Part shown: positions 9,247-17,264 of the stretch, one piece after another | How positions within the stretch are numbered: the first letter of the stretch is position 1 | Layout: every line of letters starts with the position of its first letter | NCBI GenBank assembly: GCA_946185305.1 | Contig: CAMHJE010000001.1 | Span: 23,636-87,635, forward strand | Direction: 5' to 3' | DNA length: 64,000 nt | Source: an uncultured Clostridia bacterium | GTDB lineage: Bacteria; Bacillota; Clostridia; Christensenellales; CAG-138 | Notes under the pieces: model-generated | Told to the model about the DNA's origin: nothing | Databases searched by the model: none | What the model saw: only the letters and a program-made list of their open reading frames with translations | Translations under genes and position numbers: made by a program

Positions 9247-10509
9247 ATGGAGTGGGAACGGGAGTTTTGCGCGATTCTGCATGAGGAGCTGCGCCCGGCG
9301 ATGGGCTGTACCGAGCCGATTGCACTCGCCTACGCTGCGGCAAAAGCGCGGGCGGTGCTGGGACGGCTACCGGAACGCGTTCGTGTCGAGGTATCCGGCA
9401 ATATTCTCAAAAATGTCAAAAGCGTCGTCGTGCCGCACACCGGGGGACTAAGGGGGATCGCGGCGGCCGTCGCCGCGGGCATTGTCGCCGGGGACGAGAC
9501 AAAGGAGCTCGAGGCGCTGTCCTGCGTGACCGAAGAACAGATCGCCGCCCTTCGCGCGTATGCCGCCGCCACGCCGATCGAGGTGGAGCATATCGAGACG
9601 CCGCACATCTTCGATATGCGCGTGACCGTATTCGCGGGCGCGGAAACCGCGACGGCGCGGATCGCGGATCATCACACGAACATCATTTATTTGGCAAAGA
9701 ACGGCACGGTGCTGCTCGACCGGCCGTGCGTCAAGCGTGACGACGGCCTTGTGGACCGGTCGTGTCTCACGATCGAGCGCATCGTGCGCTATGCCGACGA
9801 GGCCGACCTTTCGACGGTCGCGGACGTGCTGGAGCAGCAGATCGCCTGCAACATGGCGATTGCAAGGGAGGGGCTTTTGCACGACTACGGCGCCAATATC
9901 GGCAAAACGCTGCTCAAGGGACACGAAACCGATCCGGCCTACCGGATGCGGGCGTATGCCGCCGCGGCAAGCGACGCGCGCATGAACGGCTGCGAGCTGC
10001 CCGTGGTGATCAATTCCGGCAGCGGCAACCAAGGCATCACCGCGTCGGTGCCGGTCATCGTCTGCGCCGAGGACAGGGGCGTTCCGCATGAAACGCTGCT
10101 GCGGGCGCTGCTTGTATCGAACCTTGTCACTACGCACCTTAAAACCGGGATCGGGCGGCTTTCGGCCTACTGCGGCGTCGTCAGCGCGGGCTGCGGCGCG
10201 GCGGCGGGGCTGTGCTACCTCATGGGCGGGCGGTATGATGAGATCGCGCACACGGTCGTCAATGCGGTTGCAATGGATTCCGGTATCATCTGCGACGGCG
10301 CCAAGGCCAGCTGCGCCGCCAAAATCGCCTCCGCCGTGGATGCGGGGCTTTTGGGCCTTGCGATGTACCGAAACGGCAACCAGTTTTTCGGCGGCGACGG
10401 CATCGTGAAAAAGGGCGTGGAGAATACCATCGACAGTGTCGGCCGTCTCGCCCGCGTCGGCATGGAGCAGACGGATAAGGAAATCATCAAGCTGATGCTG
10501 GAAACGTAA
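9247..10509 (+). CDS. UPF0597 / L-cysteine desulfidase-like (YhaM/CdsB family) protein
   Basis: LRPAMGCTEPIALAYAAAKA family signature. Start moved to the second ATG (MEWEREF) because the GGAGGGG RBS is only 1 nt from the first ATG at 9241. Confidence 0.75.
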   Translation: MEWEREFCAILHEELRPAMGCTEPIALAYAAAKARAVLGRLPERVRVEVSGNILKNVKSVVVPHTGGLRGIAAAVAAGIVAGDETKELEALSCVTEEQIAALRAYAAATPIEVEHIETPHIFDMRVTVFAGAETATARIADHHTNIIYLAKNGTVLLDRPCVKRDDGLVDRSCLTIERIVRYADEADLSTVADVLEQQIACNMAIAREGLLHDYGANIGKTLLKGHETDPAYRMRAYAAAASDARMNGCELPVVINSGSGNQGITASVPVIVCAEDRGVPHETLLRALLVSNLVTTHLKTGIGRLSAYCGVVSAGCGAAAGLCYLMGGRYDEIAHTVVNAVAMDSGIICDGAKASCAAKIASAVDAGLLGLAMYRNGNQFFGGDGIVKKGVENTIDSVGRLARVGMEQTDKEIIKLMLET

Positions 10510-10525
10510 GCACAGGCGAACAGCA

Positions 10526-10549
10526 CCGGGCTCTGCCCCGGCTTTTTTT
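10526..10549 (+). terminator. Intrinsic terminator after the desulfidase-like gene
   Basis: CCGGG-ctctgc-CCCGG stem followed by C and seven T. Confidence 0.45.
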
Positions 10550-10564
10550 GCTGCCCCGCGTCGC

Positions 10565-10594
10565 TTGACGGCGTCGCCGCCGGTGCGGTATAAT
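10565..10594 (+). promoter_or_regulatory. Promoter of the uvrA paralog
   Basis: TTGACG-18 nt-TATAAT. Confidence 0.55.
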
Positions 10595-10637
10595 AACGAA
10601 AAATCGACCGCTTCGGCGGTCTTTTCGGAGAAATCGC

Positions 10638-13136
10638 ATGGAACACAAATCCATTCCCGACAACATCGAGATCCGCGGCGCGCGGGTGCATAACCTTAAG
10701 AATCTGGACGTGGACATTCCGCTGCATGAGATTGTCGGCATCGCGGGCGTTTCCGGCTCCGGCAAATCCTCGCTCGCGCTCGGCGTGCTGTATGCCGAGG
10801 GGTCGCGGCGGTACCTTGAATCGCTGTCCACCTATACACGGCGGCGCATGACGCAGGCGGCCAAGGCGCAGGTGGACGACGTGCGCTACGTTCCTGCGGC
10901 GCTCGCGCTGCATCAGCGCCCCGGCGTGCCGGGCATCCGCAGCACGTTCGGCACAATGACCGAGCTGCTGAACAGCCTGCGCTTGCTGTTTTCGCGCTGC
11001 GCGCATTATCTCTGCCCGAACGGACATACCGTGCCGCCGACGCTCGATTTCGCCGCCGAAAAGGAGGTGCGCTGCCCGGTCTGCGACGCGGTCGTGCCGG
11101 TGATCGGGGCGGAGGAAATGGCGTTCAACAGCGCCGGCGCGTGCCCGACCTGCGGCGGCACCGGCACGGTGCGGACGGTCGATATGGCAACGCTTGTCCC
11201 GGATGAAAGCCTCACGATCGACGGCGGCGCCGTTGCGCCGTGGAACAGCCTGATGTGGTCGCTGATGACCGACGTTTGCCGCGCCATGGGCGTGCGGACC
11301 GACGTGCCGTTTGCCGAGCTGACCGACGCGGAAAAGGAGATCGTCTATCACGGCCCGAAGGTGAAAAAGCATATCTTTTATAAGGCGAAGGGCGCGGACA
11401 GCGTCAGCGCCGGCGAGATGGATTTCACCTATTACAGCGCGACCGAAACCGTGCTGAACGCCCTGCACAAGGTCAAGGACGAAAAGGGCATGAAGCGCGT
11501 CGAAAAGTTTTTGAAGGAGGATGTCTGCCCGGACTGCGGCGGCACCCGCCTTGCCGCCCGCTGCCGCGCGCTGAAAATCGCGGGCGTATCGCTCGATGCC
11601 GTCTGCACGCTCCCGCTGCACGAGCTGATCGACTGGGTCAAGGCCGTGCCGAATACCCTGCCCGAACCGATGCGGCCGATGGCGGTCAATATCGGCGAAG
11701 CGTTTTTGCACACCGCCAAAAGGCTTGTCGATCTCGGCCTCGATTATCTGTCGCTCGACCGCGCGGCGGCCACGCTTTCGACCGGAGAGCGGCAGCGGAC
11801 GCAGCTGGCCCGCGCCGTGCGCAACCGCACGACCGGCGTGCTGTATGTGCTCGACGAGCCGTCCATCGGCCTGCATCCGGCGAATCTCGAAGGACTGACG
11901 GGCGTGATGGACGACCTTGTGGCCGACGGCAATTCGGTCGTGCTCGTCGATCACGATACGCAGGTGCTTGCGCACGCGGACCATTTGATCGAGCTCGGCC
12001 CCGAAGCCGGGGCGGGCGGCGGCCGCATTGTCGCCGAGGGCACGGTCAAGGCGCTCACCGAAAACCCTGCGTCGCTGATCGGGCCGTTTCTGCGGCCGGA
12101 CGCCGCGGCGCTGCCGCCAAAATCGGTTGAAAGAGAACGCCTGTTCGAGCTCGGCACGATCTGCATGCAGACGGCGGCGATCCATACGGTACAGCCGCTG
12201 TCCGTGCGGTTCCCCAAAGGACGCCTGTCGGTCGTGACCGGCGTTTCCGGCTCCGGCAAAACGACAATGGTGCTCGAAAGCCTGATCCCCGGCCTTTCGG
12301 CAAAGCTCGCCGGGGCGAAGCTCCCTGCGCACGTCCTTTCGGTCGAAGCCGAGGGCATCGAGACGGTCAAGCTGATCGACGCAACGCCGATCGGAATCAA
12401 TGTGCGCTCGACGGTCGCCACCTACGCGAACGTCCACGACGAGCTGCGAAAGGTCTACGCCAAGACGAAGGACGCCAAGGCAAGGGGCTTTTCGGCAAGC
12501 GATTTTTCCTACAACACCGGGCGGCTCCGCTGCCCGACCTGCGACGGTACCGGCACGATCAGTCTCGATGTGCAGTTTTTGCCGGACGTGGACGTGCCGT
12601 GTCCGGACTGCGGCGGCTCCCGCTATCAAAAGGACGCCTATGCGGTGCGCCGCCCCAAAAAGGACGGCACGGCGGTCTCGCTGCCTGCCTTGATGGCGGC
12701 AAGCGTGGACGAAGCCATACAGATTTGCGACGACCTGCCCGCGGTCAAGAGCCGCCTTGCCGTACTGCATGAGCTCGGCCTCGGTTATCTCACGCTCGGC
12801 GAGGAAACGCCGAGCCTGTCCGGCGGCGAAGCGCAGCGGCTGAAGCTGGCGAGCGAGATGGGCAGGGGCCAGTCCGACGCGATCTTTGTGTTCGACGAGC
12901 CGACCATCGGCCTGCACCCGCTCGACGTGCAAACGCTGCTTGCGGTGTTCCGCCGTCTGATCGACTTCGGTGCAACGGTCATCGTGATCGAGCATGATCT
13001 CGACGTGATCCGGCATGCGGATTACGTGGTGGACATGGGCCCGGGCGGCGGCAAGCTCGGCGGACGCATCGTCGCCGCCGGCACGCCGGAGGAGATCAAG
13101 GCCTGCCCGGACAGCGTCACAGGCCGGTATCTGTAA
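10638..13136 (+). CDS. UvrA-like ABC ATPase (short class II-type excinuclease A paralog)
   Basis: Two Walker A motifs (GVSGSGKSSLA, GVSGSGKTTMV) and two ABC signatures (LSTGERQRTQLA, LSGGEAQRLKLA). Zn-module cysteines are present (CPVCD, CPTCGGTG, CPDCGG, CPTCDGTG, CPDCGGSR). It is 832 aa. Confidence 0.88.
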   Translation: MEHKSIPDNIEIRGARVHNLKNLDVDIPLHEIVGIAGVSGSGKSSLALGVLYAEGSRRYLESLSTYTRRRMTQAAKAQVDDVRYVPAALALHQRPGVPGIRSTFGTMTELLNSLRLLFSRCAHYLCPNGHTVPPTLDFAAEKEVRCPVCDAVVPVIGAEEMAFNSAGACPTCGGTGTVRTVDMATLVPDESLTIDGGAVAPWNSLMWSLMTDVCRAMGVRTDVPFAELTDAEKEIVYHGPKVKKHIFYKAKGADSVSAGEMDFTYYSATETVLNALHKVKDEKGMKRVEKFLKEDVCPDCGGTRLAARCRALKIAGVSLDAVCTLPLHELIDWVKAVPNTLPEPMRPMAVNIGEAFLHTAKRLVDLGLDYLSLDRAAATLSTGERQRTQLARAVRNRTTGVLYVLDEPSIGLHPANLEGLTGVMDDLVADGNSVVLVDHDTQVLAHADHLIELGPEAGAGGGRIVAEGTVKALTENPASLIGPFLRPDAAALPPKSVERERLFELGTICMQTAAIHTVQPLSVRFPKGRLSVVTGVSGSGKTTMVLESLIPGLSAKLAGAKLPAHVLSVEAEGIETVKLIDATPIGINVRSTVATYANVHDELRKVYAKTKDAKARGFSASDFSYNTGRLRCPTCDGTGTISLDVQFLPDVDVPCPDCGGSRYQKDAYAVRRPKKDGTAVSLPALMAASVDEAIQICDDLPAVKSRLAVLHELGLGYLTLGEETPSLSGGEAQRLKLASEMGRGQSDAIFVFDEPTIGLHPLDVQTLLAVFRRLIDFGATVIVIEHDLDVIRHADYVVDMGPGGGKLGGRIVAAGTPEEIKACPDSVTGRYL

Positions 13137-13150
13137 ACCAAATCCGAACA

Positions 13151-13183
13151 GCGGCACGGAGGGAATCCCTTCCGTGCCGCTTT
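13151..13183 (+). terminator. Terminator of the uvrA paralog
   Basis: GCGGCACGGAGGGA-a-TCCCTTCCGTGCCGC stem of about 14 bp with one bulge, followed by TTT. Confidence 0.6.
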
Positions 13184-13191
13184 GCGTCCAT

Positions 13192-13226
13192 AAACAAAAA
13201 TCCCTCCCGGCGGGCACCGGGAGGGA
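13192..13226 (-). terminator. Terminator of pepF
   Basis: TCCCTCCCGG-cgggca-CCGGGAGGGA 10-bp stem. On the minus strand it is followed by TTTTTGTTTAT. Confidence 0.65.
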
Positions 13227-13240
13227 AGGAAAGTCGTCGC

Positions 13241-15028
13241 TTAGGCGTTCAGCTCATCCAGGAGAGTGTCGAGCTCCTTGACGGAATCGGCAAAGACCTG
13301 CATGGCCGCCTCGATGGGGGCGGGGGTCGTCAGATCGACGCCTCCGACCTTCAGTTCGTTGATCGCATAGTCGCTGCCGCCGAGCGTCAAAAACTTCAGA
13401 TAGCCGCTGTTGTCGCCGCCCTCGGCCAGATGCGTCGCAATCGAAACCGCGCTGGAGAAGCCGGTCGCATACTGATAGACGTAGAACGCGGAATAGAAAT
13501 GCGGGATGTAGGACCATTCATACTGCACCTCGTCCGGAACATCCGCGCCCGCATAGTACAGCTCGCACAGCTCCTTATAGACCTTGTTCAGCACCTGCGC
13601 CGTCAGCGGCGTGCCCGCCTGATACAGCTCGTGCGCCTTGCGCTCGAACTCGGCAAACAGCGTCTGACGGAACACGGTCGTGCGGAAGCCCTCCAGGAAA
13701 TGGTTGAGGATGTACGCGCGGCGCGCCTTGTCCGTCTCGGTTTTTAGGAGGTACTTGGTCAGCAGTACTTCGTTGACCGTCGAAGCGACCTCCGCGACGA
13801 AGATGCGGTAGTCATGGTTCAGATAGTCCTGCGTCGTGTCGGAGAAGTAGGAGTGCATCGAGTGGCCGAGCTCATGCGCAACCGTGAACACGTCGTCGAG
13901 CGTGTCGGTGTAGTTCAGCAGCACATAGGGATGCACGCCGAAGATGCCCATGCTGAAGGCGCCGCTGCGCTTGCCCTTGTTCTCGTAAACGTCCATCCAG
14001 CGTTCCGCAAACGCGCGGTCGAGCAGCTTTTGGTAAGTCTCGCCGAGCGGCTTGGTCGCGCCCTTCACGAGCGCCTTGCTGTCCTCGAACGGGATTTTGA
14101 AATCCACGTCCGGCACCATCGGGCAATAGAGGTCGTACATATCCAGCTTGTCGAGCTTCAGCGCCTTTTTGCGCAGATCGAGGTAGGCGCGCATCGTCGG
14201 CAGCGCCTTGTGGACGGCTTCGATCAGACTGTCATACACGGAGATCGGAACGTTCGTGCCGAACAGCGCCGCTTCGCACGCGCTCTTGTGGCCGCGAACG
14301 TCGGCATAGTAGCAGTCCATCTTGACGCTGCCCGCATACAGCGCGGCAAACGTGTTGTTGAATTTGCCGTAGGTGCCGAACATTGCCTTGAACGCGTCCT
14401 CGCGCACGCGGCGATCGGGGCTTTCGCGGAACACGCTGAAGTTGCCGGAGGAGAGCTGCACCTCTTCGCCGTTCTCGTCCTTGATCTTCGGCAGCACCAG
14501 ATCCACGTTCGTCAGCATTTCATACGTATCGGACGGCGCCTGCGACGCGTCGCCGAGCCTTGCGAGCATCCGTTCGCGCTCCTTGTCGAGGCTGTGCGCC
14601 CGCGCGCGGGTGATGTCCTCTGAAAAGTGACGGTAGGTTGCCATTTCCTCCGGCGCAAGGAATGCAGCAAGCGTTTCCTCCGGGATTGCCAAGATCTCCG
14701 GCTCGATGAACGCGGTCGCCATGCTGAACTGGACGTACAGGTTCGTCGCCTTGCCGTCCATTTCCTGATGCTTCGGGTCGCCGCCGTCCGCGGTGCGGTG
14801 CAGGTTGGCATAGCAGTAGACGCGCTCCAGCCGTTCGCCGACGGCGCTCACCGCGTCGATGCCGGCTTTGAAGGCTTCGCGGCTTTGGCCGAGCGTGCCC
14901 TCCACGGCGGAGAGCTTGGCAACTTCCTCGGTCAGCGCGTTCAGCTCGGCTTCCCAAGCCTCGTCACTCGGATAGATCGGGGTAAAGTCCCATTGATAGC
15001 GGGGGTCGATTTCGTTTCTGGCTTTCAT
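13241..15028 (-). CDS. pepF: Oligoendopeptidase F (M3B metallopeptidase)
   Basis: HELGHSMH zinc motif, overall M3B layout and 595 aa length. Confidence 0.9.
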   Translation of the reverse strand: MKARNEIDPRYQWDFTPIYPSDEAWEAELNALTEEVAKLSAVEGTLGQSREAFKAGIDAVSAVGERLERVYCYANLHRTADGGDPKHQEMDGKATNLYVQFSMATAFIEPEILAIPEETLAAFLAPEEMATYRHFSEDITRARAHSLDKERERMLARLGDASQAPSDTYEMLTNVDLVLPKIKDENGEEVQLSSGNFSVFRESPDRRVREDAFKAMFGTYGKFNNTFAALYAGSVKMDCYYADVRGHKSACEAALFGTNVPISVYDSLIEAVHKALPTMRAYLDLRKKALKLDKLDMYDLYCPMVPDVDFKIPFEDSKALVKGATKPLGETYQKLLDRAFAERWMDVYENKGKRSGAFSMGIFGVHPYVLLNYTDTLDDVFTVAHELGHSMHSYFSDTTQDYLNHDYRIFVAEVASTVNEVLLTKYLLKTETDKARRAYILNHFLEGFRTTVFRQTLFAEFERKAHELYQAGTPLTAQVLNKVYKELCELYYAGADVPDEVQYEWSYIPHFYSAFYVYQYATGFSSAVSIATHLAEGGDNSGYLKFLTLGGSDYAINELKVGGVDLTTPAPIEAAMQVFADSVKELDTLLDELNA

Positions 15029-15059
15029 ACCGTTCTCCTTTTATACTTTCGTTGGTAAC

Positions 15060-15088
15060 AGTATACCGTGTTTTCCCGCATTTGTCCA
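15060..15088 (-). promoter_or_regulatory. pepF promoter
   Basis: Minus strand TGGACA-17 nt-TATACT, about 30 nt upstream of the AAGGAGAA RBS and ATG. Confidence 0.5.
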
Positions 15089-15130
15089 TGCGGATTATAC
15101 GATTTTTCGGGCGGGAAGGGGGATAACGCT

Positions 15131-15276
15131 GTTCCTTTTTCTTCCGCGGTGAAGAAAAAGGAACCGAAAAAGAAGCCGGAGATTTTACGGCGGGATCGGG
15201 AGAAAGGTTTCCTATCCCGGCTTTCTTCTTTTCTTGGTGCTTCTTGTTCTTCATTCTCCGGAAAGAAGAAAAGAAG
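15131..15276. repeat. Array of three hairpins built from the same GAAGAAAAG/CTTTTCTTC arm
   Basis: 15131-15164 is a perfect 14-bp inverted repeat, GTTCCTTTTTCTTC-cgcggt-GAAGAAAAAGGAAC. About 15170-15232 is an imperfect AAGAAGCCGG...CCGGCTTTCTT hairpin. 15240-15276 is CTTCTTgTTCTTC-12 nt-GAAGAAAAGAAG. Confidence 0.6.
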
Positions 15277-15296
15277 TACAATAAGCCGGCGATCTT

Positions 15297-15332
15297 TCCC
15301 AAAAACAAAAGCCGCCCGGTTTCCCGGACGGC
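15297..15332 (-). terminator. Terminator of the cyclophilin gene
   Basis: Minus strand GCCGTCCGG-gaaa-CCGGGCGGC followed by TTTTGTTTTTG. Confidence 0.7.
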
Positions 15333-15349
15333 CTGCCGCTTGTTAACGT

Positions 15350-15976
15350 TTATTGCAGCTTCTCAAAATCGCTGTAATCCACGCCCTTGGTATCGACGCG
15401 GATCGTGCCGATCACAACGTCTTCGAGCGGGACGGACTTTTCACCGCTGTACGGATTATAGGTGACGGGCGTCGCAGCGATCGCGTCGAGCGTGTCGAAC
15501 CCGTCGGTCAGCATACCGAACGCGGCATAGCTGCCGTCTAAAAAGTCGCTGTCCGCATGCATGATGAAGAACTGGCTGCCCGCAGAATTGGGCTTTGAGG
15601 CACGCGCCATCGAGATCACGCCGCGCTTATGCGAGATCGGGTTTTTCACGCCGTTGGCGGAAAATTCGCCCTTGATCGAATAGCCGGGGCCGCCGGTGCC
15701 ATCGCCGTCCGGGTCGCCGCCCTGGATCATGAAGCCCGCATAGATGCGGTGGAAGGTCAGTCCGTCATAGAACCCACTGTTGGCGAGCGTGACAAAGTTC
15801 GCAACGGTGATCGGCGCAACGTCCGGATACAGCTCCAGCGTCATCGTCTGGCCGTCCGCCATGGTGATCGTGGCGATGGGATTGGTGTTCATTTCGGTTT
15901 TCTCCTCCTCTTTGGCGCCGCAGCCGAAGGAAAGCATCAGCAGCAGCGCAAGCAGTATGGGTAACAGTCTTTTCAT
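15350..15976 (-). CDS. Secreted or lipoprotein cyclophilin-type peptidyl-prolyl cis-trans isomerase
   Basis: Signal peptide ending LSFGCG. Cyclophilin core FHRIYAGFMIQGGDP. Confidence 0.9.
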   Translation of the reverse strand: MKRLLPILLALLLMLSFGCGAKEEEKTEMNTNPIATITMADGQTMTLELYPDVAPITVANFVTLANSGFYDGLTFHRIYAGFMIQGGDPDGDGTGGPGYSIKGEFSANGVKNPISHKRGVISMARASKPNSAGSQFFIMHADSDFLDGSYAAFGMLTDGFDTLDAIAATPVTYNPYSGEKSVPLEDVVIGTIRVDTKGVDYSDFEKLQ

Positions 15977-15993
15977 GGATTTGCCTCCGTTTG

Positions 15994-16935
15994 TTATTCC
16001 GTCGGCTGCGTTTCGGCTTCCTCCGCACGGAATTTGGTTATCTTATCGCCGTTCATTTCGGCGCAGACCTCCAGGAAGCGATTGATCACGCGGGACCGGT
16101 ATTGCTTCTTCTGCGCCAGCAGCACAAGCGACGGCATATCGAGCTGCCGATCCGAAATCGTCTTGAACGCGAAATGCTCGAATCCCAGCATCGCCAGCGA
16201 CAGCCGCGGCACAAGCGCCACGCCCTTGCCGGACTCCGCCCACATCAGACACGCGTTCGTATTGCTGCCGACAAACTTCGGCAAAAACGTCGTCCCGGCC
16301 TCGCGGAACGCGGTGCGCAGCAGCGAAAGATGCTCCTCGGTCGCGCTGAGCGGGAACTTGGCCAGCTCCCGTAAAGACACGGCGGCGTCCTCGTTGCCGC
16401 GGAAAAAGGCTTCGGGCCGATAGCTCGCCACCAGATAATCCGGCTGCGAGAAAATGACCTCGAGGTTCTCGAATTTCTGCTCGTTGGTGCGCAGAAACGC
16501 CGTTTCGACAAGCCCGTTCTGCAGCATCTTGATAAGCTCCTGCGCGTTGGCTTCGCGCAGAATGATCTCCGTTTCCGGATTCCGCTCCGAAAAAATGTCC
16601 AGCGCGTGCATAAGGTAGCGGTTGCCGAGCGTATCGACAATGCCGACCCGCAGCGAGCTCGAACCGCCGTCGAAGCAGTTGTTGATCTCGGATCGGGCGG
16701 CTGCCTCCGCCTCCGCCATCACCTTGGCTTTCTCGTACAGGATCCGGCCGGCGTCCGTCAGCTCCAGCTTATGCGAGCCGCTCCCCCGGTGAAACAGCCG
16801 TGCCCCGTATACCTCTTCCATCGCCTTGACCTGATTGCTCAGCGCCGGCTGTGCCACGCGCAGCTTGCGCGACGCCGATGTGAGACTCCCCTCTTCCACT
16901 ATCACGATATAGTTGACATAATACTGAAAGTTCAA
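15994..16935 (-). CDS. LysR-family transcriptional regulator
   Basis: N-terminal HTH LTSASRKLRVAQPALSNQVKAME plus an LTTR substrate-binding domain. 313 aa. Confidence 0.9.
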   Translation of the reverse strand: MNFQYYVNYIVIVEEGSLTSASRKLRVAQPALSNQVKAMEEVYGARLFHRGSGSHKLELTDAGRILYEKAKVMAEAEAAARSEINNCFDGGSSSLRVGIVDTLGNRYLMHALDIFSERNPETEIILREANAQELIKMLQNGLVETAFLRTNEQKFENLEVIFSQPDYLVASYRPEAFFRGNEDAAVSLRELAKFPLSATEEHLSLLRTAFREAGTTFLPKFVGSNTNACLMWAESGKGVALVPRLSLAMLGFEHFAFKTISDRQLDMPSLVLLAQKKQYRSRVINRFLEVCAEMNGDKITKFRAEEAETQPTE

Positions 16936-17143
16936 ATCAAGACCCCCTTTCTCCTATGTATTTTTTCCGCCCAGTATAGTAAAAACAGTATATCGAAAAA
17001 ACAGGAAAAAAGCAAGGAGTTTTTTTGCATTTATGACGCGCTTTTGAGAATGCCATCAATACATTTTTTACATATAACTTGAAAAAAACGATCACGCAAC
17101 CCTTCTCCAAAGTCGGATTTTATCGCAAATAAATGCCTGTCTT

Positions 17144-17158
17144 ATACAAAAACAGTAT
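17144..17158. promoter_or_regulatory. Candidate LTTR box (ATAC-N7-GTAT)
   Basis: ATACaaaaacaGTAT in the AT-rich divergent region between the lysR-type gene and the M3 peptidase gene. Confidence 0.35.
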
Positions 17159-17201
17159 AGCACACTCTTAACGAACAGGCAACAGGTTTTTGTATGGGGA
17201 A

Positions 17202-17230
17202 TTGCAAACCGGTCAAGAGGATGGTATACT
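17202..17230 (+). promoter_or_regulatory. Promoter of the second M3 peptidase gene
   Basis: TTGCAA-17 nt-TATACT with an extended -10 (TGGTATACT), 35 nt upstream of the ATG. Confidence 0.55.
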
Positions 17231-17264
17231 ATCATCAAAACCATAGAAAGGAATCCGAATCGCT

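Noticed and set aside
10215-13217. 1000-aa minus-strand ORF antisense to the uvrA paralog. Similar long antisense ORFs occur at 33884-35809, 38586-40757, 43810-46044, 48479-50341, 58839-60644 and 61083-63122.
   Set aside because: These are shadow ORFs typical of GC-rich DNA. Their translations are dominated by R/A/G/H/V/D with no motifs, and each lies exactly opposite a gene with clear family signatures. They also lack RBS and start-codon context.
15068-15346. 92-aa plus-strand ORF and 114-aa minus-strand ORF (14964-15308) in the pepF/cyclophilin spacer, considered as small proteins.
   Set aside because: Their low-complexity K/S/F-rich translations are produced by the purine-tract hairpins. 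Neither has an RBS, and the minus-strand ORF overlaps the pepF start. The region is better explained as structured non-coding DNA.
17081-17100. gaaaaaaacgatcacg in the lysR/peptidase spacer, considered as an eighth copy of the sugar-locus operator.
   Set aside because: Only the AAACGAT core matches. The right half-site reads TCAC instead of TTAC, the left arm is an A-run, and the flanking genes are unrelated to carbohydrate use. It is probably a chance match in AT-rich DNA.
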